Source: Eledone cirrhosa (Eukaryota). From it: a stretch of 64,000 nucleotides of DNA. Both the position numbers and the translations under genes were made by a program. Location of the stretch: the NCBI GenBank assembly GCA_964016885.1, contig OZ024745.1, positions 117,676,001 to 117,740,000 of the forward strand, read 5' to 3'. The notes under the pieces are model-generated. The model saw only the letters and a list, made by a program, of their open reading frames with translations, was not told the DNA's origin and searched no databases. Below, piece after piece: positions 13,012 to 23,479 of this stretch. Each line of letters starts with the position of its first letter. Positions within the stretch are counted from its first letter, which is position 1.

Positions 13012-13429
13012 AATATGGTTTTATAAATTTAGTTTCCATTTATTAAATATCATTGAATATTATACTCCAGAAAACTTGAGTGATCTGAATCAGTTATAAA
13101 CATTTATATTTGTTGAATTACCAACAAATTGAATACCCCTTTTGCTTACACACACACACACACACACATAGACCCTTTATTTCATATTGCTCCAGTTTAC
13201 TCAGCTGTAGAAATGAGATGATAGGGACTGGGGTCCATATCATTCCACTGCAAAGTGGTCGTGGAGGTGCCACGGCAAAAAAGCACCCAGCACTCACTGT
13301 AAAATGAGGTTGGTGTTAGGAAGGGCATCCAACTGTAGAAATCAAGCCAGCATCAGTTCCCGTCCCACCCTTGCAAGCAGGGAAAAAGCGGACGTAAATT
13401 GAAATGATGATGATATGTGTGTGTGTGTT

Positions 13430-13575
13430 TGTTAGAAAGTAAAGGGACAAAAACAAGAGATAGACATTTTCCTTTCATCAGTTGTCTACTACGGGTTACA
13501 GAACATCTGTGACCTGTAGTACACAACTGATGAGGGGAAAATGTCTATCTCTTGTTTGTGTCCCTTTTCTAACAC
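13430..13575. repeat. Imperfect inverted repeat (~65-bp arms, short loop)
   Basis: aaagggacaaaaacaagagatagacattttcctttcatcagttgt...acaactgatgaggggaaaatgtctatctcttgtttgtgtccctttt. Confidence 0.8.
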
Positions 13576-13659
13576 TCATTATCAGTAAGCACACAGCCTC
13601 GTCCCTCTCAATCCATATATATGTAAATGAGCAGAATGAAACATAACCTTTCTATAATA

Positions 13660-14586
13660 CTAGCAGAATGGCCTGGCGTTGCTTGGGCTTCTAAACAGAT
13701 TGGCTTGTTTAACCCTCCTTTCTGAAACAGTACAGAGAAGTACGGAATACCTCGGCCTGGGGATGGTGTCTACATTTTGTGCTTAGGCAAATAATTTTCC
13801 ATTAAGATTTTTCAAAAGCATGTAATTGCGTTCTCTCTCTTTTTTGTTGTTGTTTTTGCTGCTGTTGGTGTGATAGCAGCCGTTGGTCGTACTACTAACA
13901 CAGTCTCGTCCTTCTTCAGCCAATCGTGTATATCCCCTTCTGCCTCGTCTACCTAAACAATGATTGTAGCACCTTGTACACAATGTTCCTTGTTTTTCCA
14001 TGACGGGCATATGCAAAGAGATTTGTCTTGCTTCCCACTCTTGAGCAGCCAATGTATAGTTGCCTGTGTGAAAAACATGACTCTTCCAAAAGAAGACCAG
14101 CAACAGGTAGTGTCTGACCCTGGGATTTGTTGATAGACATTGCAAAGCTGACACGGTTTGGCGAATGGTTCGTTGGTTGTCTGTTTCAAGTGTTCTTCTG
14201 GTGGCAGTACGTTCAGCATCTTGCGACCATCGAATAGCAGATTCCACTAACGATTTGTTTGTCTGCCTTGTTCTTTTTCTTGCCACTTTTGCAGTATTCC
14301 GGCCAATGGAATATCTCTTCCTTCGAGGCATGACCTAAAAGCAGGATGAAGTACACTAAGACTAACAGGTAGAGTAAGGAGTAAACTTGTCAGTGATGCA
14401 TGTGATTTCCAAATCGTTGACTATGTAATTGCTGGCCTTGTGCCAAAAGTAGTGGGACTTTTTGGGTGGCATATAGGCAGTAACAATGATGATAAGCCGT
14501 CTGTGCTTTCGTGAAATAAATACATTTGTTTATATTTTGTTTTTGTGTATGCAAAACTCTGTACACGAATATATAATTATATATAG
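13660..14586 (-). mobile_element. Internally deleted Helitron
   Basis: PIF1 helicase C-terminus AMSINKSQGQTL..AGL.LEESCFSHRQLYIGCSRV...KTRNIVY (14140-13949); basic N-terminus MPRRKRYSIGR (from 14331); 3' hairpin remnant cccaagcaacgccagg followed by CTAG|T at 13660. Confidence 0.8.
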
Positions 14587-16135
14587 CATCATCATCATCT
14601 TCGTTTAACGTTCATTTTCCACACTAGCATGGGTTAGACGGGAGTTGTCCCACTTGAGGCAAGGTTGGTCGGGTGACCATGTCTTGCTCATATAGGACTA
14701 TCTGGCGGGTTTTCTACGGCTGGATGCGCTTCCTAACACCAACCACGTTTACAGTGTGGAACTGGGAACTTTTTACCGTGTTACCTACACGGCCACATTA
14801 CAGCGTGGACTGTGTTTTTCTTCTCGTGACACCTACACAATCTCGATCTCATCTCATTTATTTGGACTGAATGTTATGGTACCAACTTTACTGAGAGAGG
14901 GTGGTGTTGGCGGGAGTGGGAGGATAGGGTAGGGGTAGTGGATTGGGGTGTATATTTGGTTAAGAGGTGCCTACTGACTGTAGGTTTCGCTTTGTACACA
15001 AGCAAGGCGGGTCTTCTGTATTACTGCGTAGCGCCAAAGATCTCGGTCCAGTGACATTGTCTTAGAGGGGTGCAAGTGTGTAAGGTCGGAATTTATCAGA
15101 TCGTCCCAGGTTTTTCTGGGTCTACCTACTCCGTAACTACCATCAATTTTGATCGCCCTGCACTTTTTTATACAGCTGTCGTCTTTCATGTGCATCACGT
15201 GACCATACCAATGTAGTCTTCTCTCAAGTAAACAGCATTTGATCCCTCTTATTCCTAATTTCTCACTTAGTTAATTTATGCTTTGCCGTTCACGTATATT
15301 ACTATTACACATCCAACGGAGCATGCATGCTTCGTTCCTTTCCACTCTGCGCAGCTCCTCTGCACACAATGCCCAGGTCTCACTGCCATCTAGCATTGAT
15401 GTTCGTATACAGGCATCATACACTCTGCCTTTCATTTTTAGAGAGAAACCTTTTGTGGCCAATAGCGGTATAAGCTCTCTGAAATTTTTCCATCCCGTTC
15501 TGACTCTGGCTACTGTACTTTCAGAACACTCTCCACCACTGCCGATTTCGTCACCCAGGTAACGGAAAGTGTCTACTATTTCTATAGAACCATCTGGGCA
15601 ATAGAAGGAGTTAGTATCCTGTGGACACTTGCTACCTATTGCACCTGAGCATCGGCCACATATAAAGTCTAAATTCTTAGATAGTTTACCTGTGATCCCA
15701 CTACATCTTTTATGTACCCATACTTTGGATTTGGGACATAAAATTGAATTTCTGCCTACTCCTTTCCTACACACTGAGCATGGTTATTTCCCTGAGGGTA
15801 CCTTTGCCTTATTTTCTTTTCTACAAGCTAGGACTTTAGTCTTAGACAAGTTAACTTTAAGGCCTTTTGATTCTAGGCCATGCTTCCATGTTTGGAATTT
15901 CTTCTCTAGTCCAGCCATCGAATCAGCTATGAGCGTTAGATCATCTGCGTATAGGAGTTCCCATGCGCAGCCGGTCTTGAACTCCTCAGTTATAGCCTGA
16001 AGGGCAATAATAAATAGGAGGGGGCTAAGGACAGAGCCTTGGTAAACACCAACTTTTACACTAAATTCTTCACAATATTCATTGTTAATTCTAACCTTAC
16101 TGACTGTTTCATTATACATAGCTTGTATAGCTCTC

Positions 16136-16138
<3 letters not shown>
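14587..16138 (-). mobile_element. RTE-clade LINE, 5'-truncated
   Basis: RT GVYQGSVLSPLLF...LLYADDL; PHD-like C-C...WVHKRC; GSETW...LRW...GRPRKTW; 3' UTR ending (GAT)n. Confidence 0.92.
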
Positions 16139-16175
<37 letters not shown>

Positions 16176-16821
16176 TAACAGATTAAAGTTTAAGCAAAGA
16201 ATCGCTGCTTTCACCCTTAACAGGATCTTCTGAAACTAAAAAAATCAATCTGTGAACGCAGAAGTAAATATTTCGAAAAACGTTGCAACCGAAGGAAAAC
16301 AGGAAGACGATACTTTGGTTCGTGAAGACGTTCCCTGGCAATGAACGGAAAACAGCGAAGATAGTACGTCAGCAATGAGAATGTTTGTCATAATATCGTA
16401 ATGCAGACATCAGGCATACATACAGATATTATAAGGGCGCGACGTTATAGCTATGTATCTATCTAAAAAGACAGACTAAGAAAGAGAGAGAGAGAGATCG
16501 ATAACCGGCACCTAACACCCCTTTAACAACAGAAAATTGAAAAATAAAAGCTTCAGTTAATATCTTTAGACCGCAAGGAATATATAAATGCAAGTTCGAA
16601 GTCAATCGGAGTAGAAATGTGGATTTGTATAGACTTTGCAAAAATTAGGACTCACACCACACAGACAATTTCAGTTTTATATATATATATATATATATGT
16701 ATAGATTTAACACTGTACCTCTAAGCATTGAGCACACTTTGCTTCGGTTATTGGCGTCTACTATACTGTATCACAATTTTTTCCCCTCTCTCCTCCACTC
16801 TTATGATACATGTCTCCTCTT

Positions 16822-16870
<49 letters not shown>

Positions 16871-17261
16871 AAAAAAGGCAACAGAAGACAAGCACACTCA
16901 AACACATGCTTCATGGGTGCTGGAGTTAGCTTCTAATAATATTTGAGGTAAGCCAAGACACAGTATTGCCATGGGTGATAGCGAGTCTAAGACGCTGGAA
17001 TAACCAAGCACCCTCGCGAGCATCACCATGGTCAACTGTTCGATATCACCCAGGAATGTGTTAACCATGTTGGATTTTTAGAAGTTTTGATGTTAATGAT
17101 TTTCTCAGGATATTCACGATTTTCTCCATATTATTAACCTTCTTATTGCAAGAATATTTTAGTTGCAACAAAATACATATAACAAATTTCAATAATTAGT
17201 AATATGAAAAGTATATATCAATTATTATGGGGGTGGGGGTTATGTATTACCACCACCATAA

Positions 17262-17958
17262 TCATCATCGTTTTTCCATGCTTGCATGGGTTGGACAGGC
17301 CTTTCTCAGCACAGCATCTCTTTATACATTGCAATCCATCATCTCCATCGATCAGCTCTCACCACCTCTACCTAGGTCTTCCTTGGCCTTTCCTCTACTG
17401 CAGCTTCCCTCCATTGGTATTTTGTGGCACTTCTTCACCCAGTGATCACCACCCATGTGCATCACATACCCATACCAACACAGTCTTCTCTTTTGTGCAC
17501 TACACCTGATTATTCTTATACCCAGTTTTTCTCTCAGTTCATTCAAACTCTGTTGTTCTCTTACATTAACATTGCACATCCATCGAAGCATGCTAGCTTC
17601 ATTTCTCTCCAGCCAGCACATATCCTCTGCAATTACTGCCCATGTTTCAGAGTCATGCAGCATAGCACTTCGCACACAGTTGACATACAGCTATTCTCTC
17701 ATTTGGATGGAGAAACCTTTCATTGTCAACAGAGGTAGTAGTTTCCTAAACTTCTTCCATCCTATCCTAGCTACTATTCTCTCCTCTGCTGTTAATTTAA
17801 TCACCTAGATAGCAGAAGCTATCAACCACTTCTATGATCCTTCTTGGAAAGGATTTATATCATTGTCGCTGCTACTATCAATTAACCCTGAACATCTACT
17901 TACAAAGTCTTCTTTCCCTGTTAGTCTACCTGTTATCCCACTACATCTGTTGTGTCCC
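17262..17958 (-). mobile_element. RTE LINE 3' fragment
   Basis: SAMLHDSETW...LERNEASMLRWMC...RLCWYGYVM; tail aaacgatgat. Confidence 0.85.
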
Positions 17959-17969
17959 TAAGATTTACA

Positions 17970-18420
17970 TTGAGTGAGATGCATGATGCTGCATGGTAGT
18001 GAGACATGGGCAGCAACTGCAGAGGATATGCGACGGCTGGAGAGAAATGAAGCAAGCATGTTCCATTGGATGTGCAATGTCAATGTGCGTGAACGACCAA
18101 GCATAGATGAGTTGAGAAACTGTGTATAAAAGGGATAAGCTGTAGTGTGCGAGAGAGAAGACTGCGTTGGTATGGACGTGATGCGCATGGAGGATGACCG
18201 CTGGGTAAAGAAGTGCCAAGAAATCCCAGTGGAAGGAAGACGCAGTAGAGGAAGACCACGAAAAACATGGGCGGAGGTGGTGAGAGCAGACCTCAGATCT
18301 CTGAAGCTCACGGAGGAGATGACAAAGGACCGTGACAAGTGGAGAGATGCTGTGCTGAATAGGACCCGTCCCACCTTTGCAAGCAGGGAAAAGCGGACGT
18401 AAAATGATGATGATGATGAC
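17970..18420 (+). mobile_element. RTE LINE 3' fragment
   Basis: MLHGSETW...GRRSRGRPRKTW...DRDKWR; tail cggacgtaaaatgatgatgatgatg. Confidence 0.85.
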
Positions 18421-18882
18421 ACATACACAAGAATTATTTTGATCAATACACAAAATATTGATCATATTGTCTGGCAATTGCTCGATGACAAAACAGTTAT
18501 GAAAAGAACTGGGCAGAGCATAGACACAAGTAAATATTACCATGACAAAATGTATCCATGACTATATATATATTCAATGAAAGTTTTTTAATACCTGCAG
18601 GTAAAATAGAAAATTAATCAATATATAAACTAGATTAATACAATCTGGAAGTAAGGTCGAAAACAGTATAGTATAACTAACATTTTCTAAATATTTTTCA
18701 AAACTATTCATTACCGTATTTCTAATAAAATATATTGTAAATCAATTATTGAAGAGTGTTTAATTATTTTGTTATAGAGATAGTAACTTAACATATGGTT
18801 CTTATATACAATTATGCTGGAAGAATTAGTTTAAATAGAAACACTTTAAAATGCTTTGTAAAATACTTATAAATTTTTTGCT

Positions 18883-19196
18883 TCAACGATCCAAGTTTTT
18901 GGTATCCAAGTGGGTTGGTAGCAAAAGAAGGTCGTTCTGGCTCTGCCACATGCACTTTTCTTTTGTCGAGACCTCAGGTGTCTTCAGATCTCGAACAGCT
19001 GACCTCTGTAAAATTGAATTGATAGCAACCTGAGTTCTTCTGCCCTTTGTCAGGTTTTGTTTTTTGTCCTGCAGGGTGTCTAACATCACCCTCCTCACCA
19101 AGTAAACTCGGTGGGGTTGCCAGTTTAGTTGCCGACGACCCGACCATGCGACAGGTTGTACTGAGTTACACACTACCACTAGCACTCGAGAGTGAC
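18883..19196 (-). CDS. Candidate terminal exon of unknown nested antisense gene
   Basis: T-rich tract and tgtcag acceptor at 19197; non-repetitive sequence; 104-codon open frame (phase 1) or VTLEC* (phase 0). Confidence 0.3.
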
Positions 19197-20006
19197 CTGA
19201 CATTTTTTAGAAAAAAAACACTATTATAATTCTGTCTTTGCTTTTCTGAATGACACACCTCATTTAAAGATCATATGTGGCTCACTGCATGATATGTATA
19301 GAATTACATATATTGCCTCCACTCCCCATTTCCATAACAGTTGTGTTAGATTTGAACTTTAGCCATGTGCGACTGAGGTTAGTAACCATCCAGACCTGTC
19401 TATTGTCTCCACTGTATATATATATATGGTATATGTGTGTATATCAGAGCTTGCTAGATATTTTTAAAATAACATTTTTCAAGACATTGTTATACAGGGT
19501 GACCACAAAAACACTCCTTGAATTCATTCTTTCTTATATTGTTTAATGTTTGATCTGGGCCTGCAAATATCTTTTACTTCACACCTTACCGTTTACATTA
19601 GCCACTGGAATATCTTTGACCATATATCTGTTTAATTAAGGCTGATTTGGGGCTAGATAAAAACAACCATCAACAACACATGGTAATTTTTCATCCAGTA
19701 CCATTCATCCATTTTATATCACAAATCCATACCAGTGCAATAGTTTCTCCTCTTCACTTAGATTGATTTTACTACCCAGTTCACTCCCCTGTATTCTTCC
19801 TTTCTTACTTGTAAATATCCCTATTAATTAACATCTATACATCTGTTGAATCAAGATCGCCACATTTCTCTTCACTCTTTCTACATCTTCCTCATTCACT
19901 GCCTACATCTCACTATCATATAACATCTCATGTGCTTCATAAAATTTGTCCTTTAGTCTGTTGTGTCAACTCCACAGGTTCTTATTTATTGCTAGATGGA
20001 CTAGGG

Positions 20007-20754
20007 CAGTGTCCCCAACCTTTTTGTACCATGGGCCGGTGTCATACAAAACAATTTCTCCACGGACCAAGGGTTGGGTGGGGTTGGTGTTAGTCATGCG
20101 CATAACAAAACACAAAGTGCATATTATATAATTTTATTATTAATTCAAAGCTAACTGCCGAGGTTAGTTTTGCCCCTCATCCCTAAAGGGTTGATAAAAT
20201 AAGCACCAGTAATGCACTGGGGTCGAATGACTTCCCATCCCCTTCAAATTGCTGGCCTTGTGCTTAATGTAGAAATATTTATTAATTCAATTATTACATT
20301 TATAGTGAAAATGTGATTCAACTCAAGAAAAGGTCGACTCCACTCAGCATAATGTCGACTCCACTCAGCATAATGTCGACTCCACTCAGCATAATGTCGA
20401 CTCCACTCAACATAATGTCGACTCCACTCAGCATAATGTCGACTCCACTCAACATAATGTAGACTCCACTCAGCATAATGTCGACTCCACTCAGCATAAT
20501 GTCGACTCCACTCAACATAATGTCGACTCCACTCAGCATAATGTCGACTCCACTCAGCATAATGTCGACTCCACTCAACATAATGTCGACTTCACTCAAC
20601 ATAATGTCGACTCCACTCAGCATAATGTCGACTCCACTCAACATAATGTAGACTCCACTCAACAGTCAATAGAATGGAAAAAAATGTTATTCTTTCTATG
20701 CGACCCCTGTACCCGGTATCAAATGGTCGGCAGCCTTGAGGTTGGGGATTGCTG
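20007..20754. mobile_element. hAT (Charlie/MER1-like) MITE containing a SINE fragment and a minisatellite
   Basis: TIRs CAGTGTCCCCAACC / GGTTGGGGATTGCTG; 8-bp flanks gactaggg / tactaggt. Confidence 0.7.
20333..20663. repeat. 21-bp minisatellite, ~15.5 copies
   Basis: Unit gtcgactccactcagcataat. Confidence 0.95.
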
Positions 20755-21084
20755 TACTAGGTCATTCCTTCTCATTTTGTAATTTTACTAGAGTTATCTC
20801 TCTTGTTCATTTTTGTATTTTAAACAACCCTGGAAGAAGTTTTTATCTACTTAATGTGTATGTAACCTCAGTTGATTGAAATTATTCACTTCACTATATG
20901 TGAGGTCTTTACTTGTATTTAGTATGCAGAGTTTGCTGATATAATGTAGTGCCAAACACAGGATATGAAATGCTGACCTTTTTGTTGGTTCTCTGTGTTA
21001 CCCTATCAACTAAGTCGTCCAATTTTATCAGACAGCCACACATATATAATTCATGTCTATACAAAGCTTTGGCTTGTATCTGTG

Positions 21085-23020
21085 GGAAGTCTTCTGTATT
21101 ACTGCGTAACGCCAAAGGTCTTGGTCCTGTGTCATCGCCTTTGAGAGGTGCAATTGGGCAAGGTGAGCTTTTATCACCTCATCCCAGATCTTCTTGGGTC
21201 TCCCCACTCCAAGGCTTCCATCGACCTTTTGTGCTCAACATCCTTCATATGCATCACATGACTATACCAACACAAACTCCTCTTCTGCACACAACATTTG
21301 ATTCCTCTTATGCTTAGTCTCTCTCTCAATTTGTTTATGCTTTGCCGTTTGCATATATTATTATTACACATCCATTGAAGCATGCAAGCTTCATTTCTTT
21401 CTAATCTATGCAAGTCTTCTGCACACAACACCCAGGTCTCACTACCATGTAACATTGCTGTTCGTATGCACGCACCATACAGTCTGCCTTTCATTTTGAG
21501 TGAAAAGCTTTCGCAGCTAGCAATGGTAGTATCTCCCTGAACTTCTTCTATCCTGTTCTTACTCTGGTTACTGTACTTTCAGAACACCCACCTCCACTGC
21601 CTAGGTAGCAGAAGCTGTCTACTGTTTTTACAGAGCCCTCCCAGAATTTGGTAGTGTTTGTTTCCTGTGGCCGTTTGCTGCTTACTGTCCCGGTGCAACT
21701 GCAACACGTAAAGCCTACATTCTTAACTAAACTTCCTGAGATCCCACTACATCTCTTGTGTACCCATAGCTTCCATTTGAGCCAGATGATGGAATTTCTA
21801 CTTACACCTTTCCTACATACTGAACAAGACCATTTACCTAAATGGATCTGGGTTCTGTTTCCTCGTCTACTTACGAGGACCTTAGTCCTTGTCACGTTGA
21901 CTTTGAGACCCCTTCTTTCTAGTCCCTGCTTCTATGTTTCAAATTTCTTCTCTAGTTCCACCATAGATTCAGCTATAAGTTTAAGGTCATCCGCGTACAG
22001 AAGTTCCCATGGGCATCCGGTCTTAATTTCCTCTGTTACAGCCTACATTATGATAATAAACAGGAGAGGGCTAAGAACAGAGCCCTGGTGGACACCGACC
22101 TGTATGATAAATTCCTCGCTATAATCATTGTTAACCCTAACTTTGCTGACTGCTCCCCTATACATGGCTTGTACAGCCTTCACAACGCATTCATCCACTC
22201 CTAGTTTTCTAAGAACCCACCAGATTATAGTACGGGGCACTCTGTCGAAGGCTTTCTCTTACTTTTAGCTAGGTACTGTTCTTGTAACTGACTCACAAGG
22301 AAGAGAGCATCAGTGATGCTTTTGCATGTCACAAACCCAAACTGCATCTCATCTAGATATACCCGGACCCTAATCAGCTGTCTCTAATCCGTTACTTTCA
22401 TGACCTGGTCCATCAGCTTTATACCTCTATCTAGTGCATCTCCTTTATCCTTGTAGCAGGATAAAATCTGACTAGAATGCTCCCCTGATCTATAGATGAT
22501 TAGGTGGTTGTCGGGTTTTTCTAAGTTTGTGTTACATATCGACATGTCATTGGCGTCTCAGAATTCTAGAAGCCTGAAGCCTTCTTCCTTTCTTATGCCA
22601 AACCCGTAGCCTCCTTGGACTCTATAGAAGCCATCACCATTAGGAAGTCATTGTCATTTGTTAGAGTGGTAGTGTGCATTAAGGACTCGTAAAACCTATC
22701 CTTAAGTTCATCTGGCAACCCGATTGGGGTGCAGTAGCTGATATAATTGTAGCAATTGTTTTATTCAGGACTAGTCTGAATTTAATGATTCTTGCGTTTA
22801 CCCTGTTCACTGAGATTACCTTATCTACCCATTTGTCAGCTAATAGTATACCTACACCACCCAACCTGTTATCATTTTCCACTCAGAAACATTTGTAGTA
22901 CTGATTTTTGCCTACAAGCACTCTAGCAGACTCTCCTCTCCATCTAGTCTCTTGCACTCAGCATACATCAATTTCCTTTTGCTCTAACATCTCTATACGA
23001 TTTCTCCTCCTCTTCCTTTT
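21085..23020 (-). mobile_element. Decayed RTE LINE including APE endonuclease and RT fragments
   Basis: GGVGILLADKWVDKVISVNRVNARII (APE); GVHQGSVLSPLLF; AMLHGSETW; internal deletions. Confidence 0.88.
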
Positions 23021-23305
23021 ATTGTGGGAGAGGGGGAATTTTTGCGGGGGAGACCCAAGAATTTCTTTGGGGCAGAGATACAAAAGACAGTAATAGTAAT
23101 GGCAGAATTTGTTGGCGCAGGTAATGGGTGAAGATACGTTGCTGTGGTTTGATTGGTCAAAGAGCCTATGGTGGTAAGTGGGGGTGGACGGGTGGGAAAT
23201 TGTGAGATAGGTAGCCATCACTGAAGATTCGGGGGAAATAAGCAGATACAAGTAGGCACATTCGACAAGGCGAATGGATAGCTGGGATAAGTTGGGATTC
23301 TTTAC

Positions 23306-23479
23306 AAATTCATAGAGGAAAGTCAAAAGCCGTCTATATTCGTATGTAACACCAAAATGAACTATCTCCGGTATTTTGGAATGATAGGCTAGAGACATTT
23401 TCTGTAGTCTTTCCATACCTGATAAGCTATTCTCCTCAGTGTCTAATTGTACTGAGGAATACAATTTTAGGTGTTCTGT
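23306..23479 (-). CDS. Candidate internal exon of unknown nested antisense gene
   Basis: Acceptor ttttgctgtttctag; open phase-0 frame TEHLKLYSSVQLDTEENSLS...LLTFLYEF; donors CAG|GTATGG (23419) or TTT|GTAAAG (23306). Confidence 0.35.

Noticed and set aside
20318-20662. (MLSGVDI)n ORF
   Set aside because: Translation of the 21-bp minisatellite
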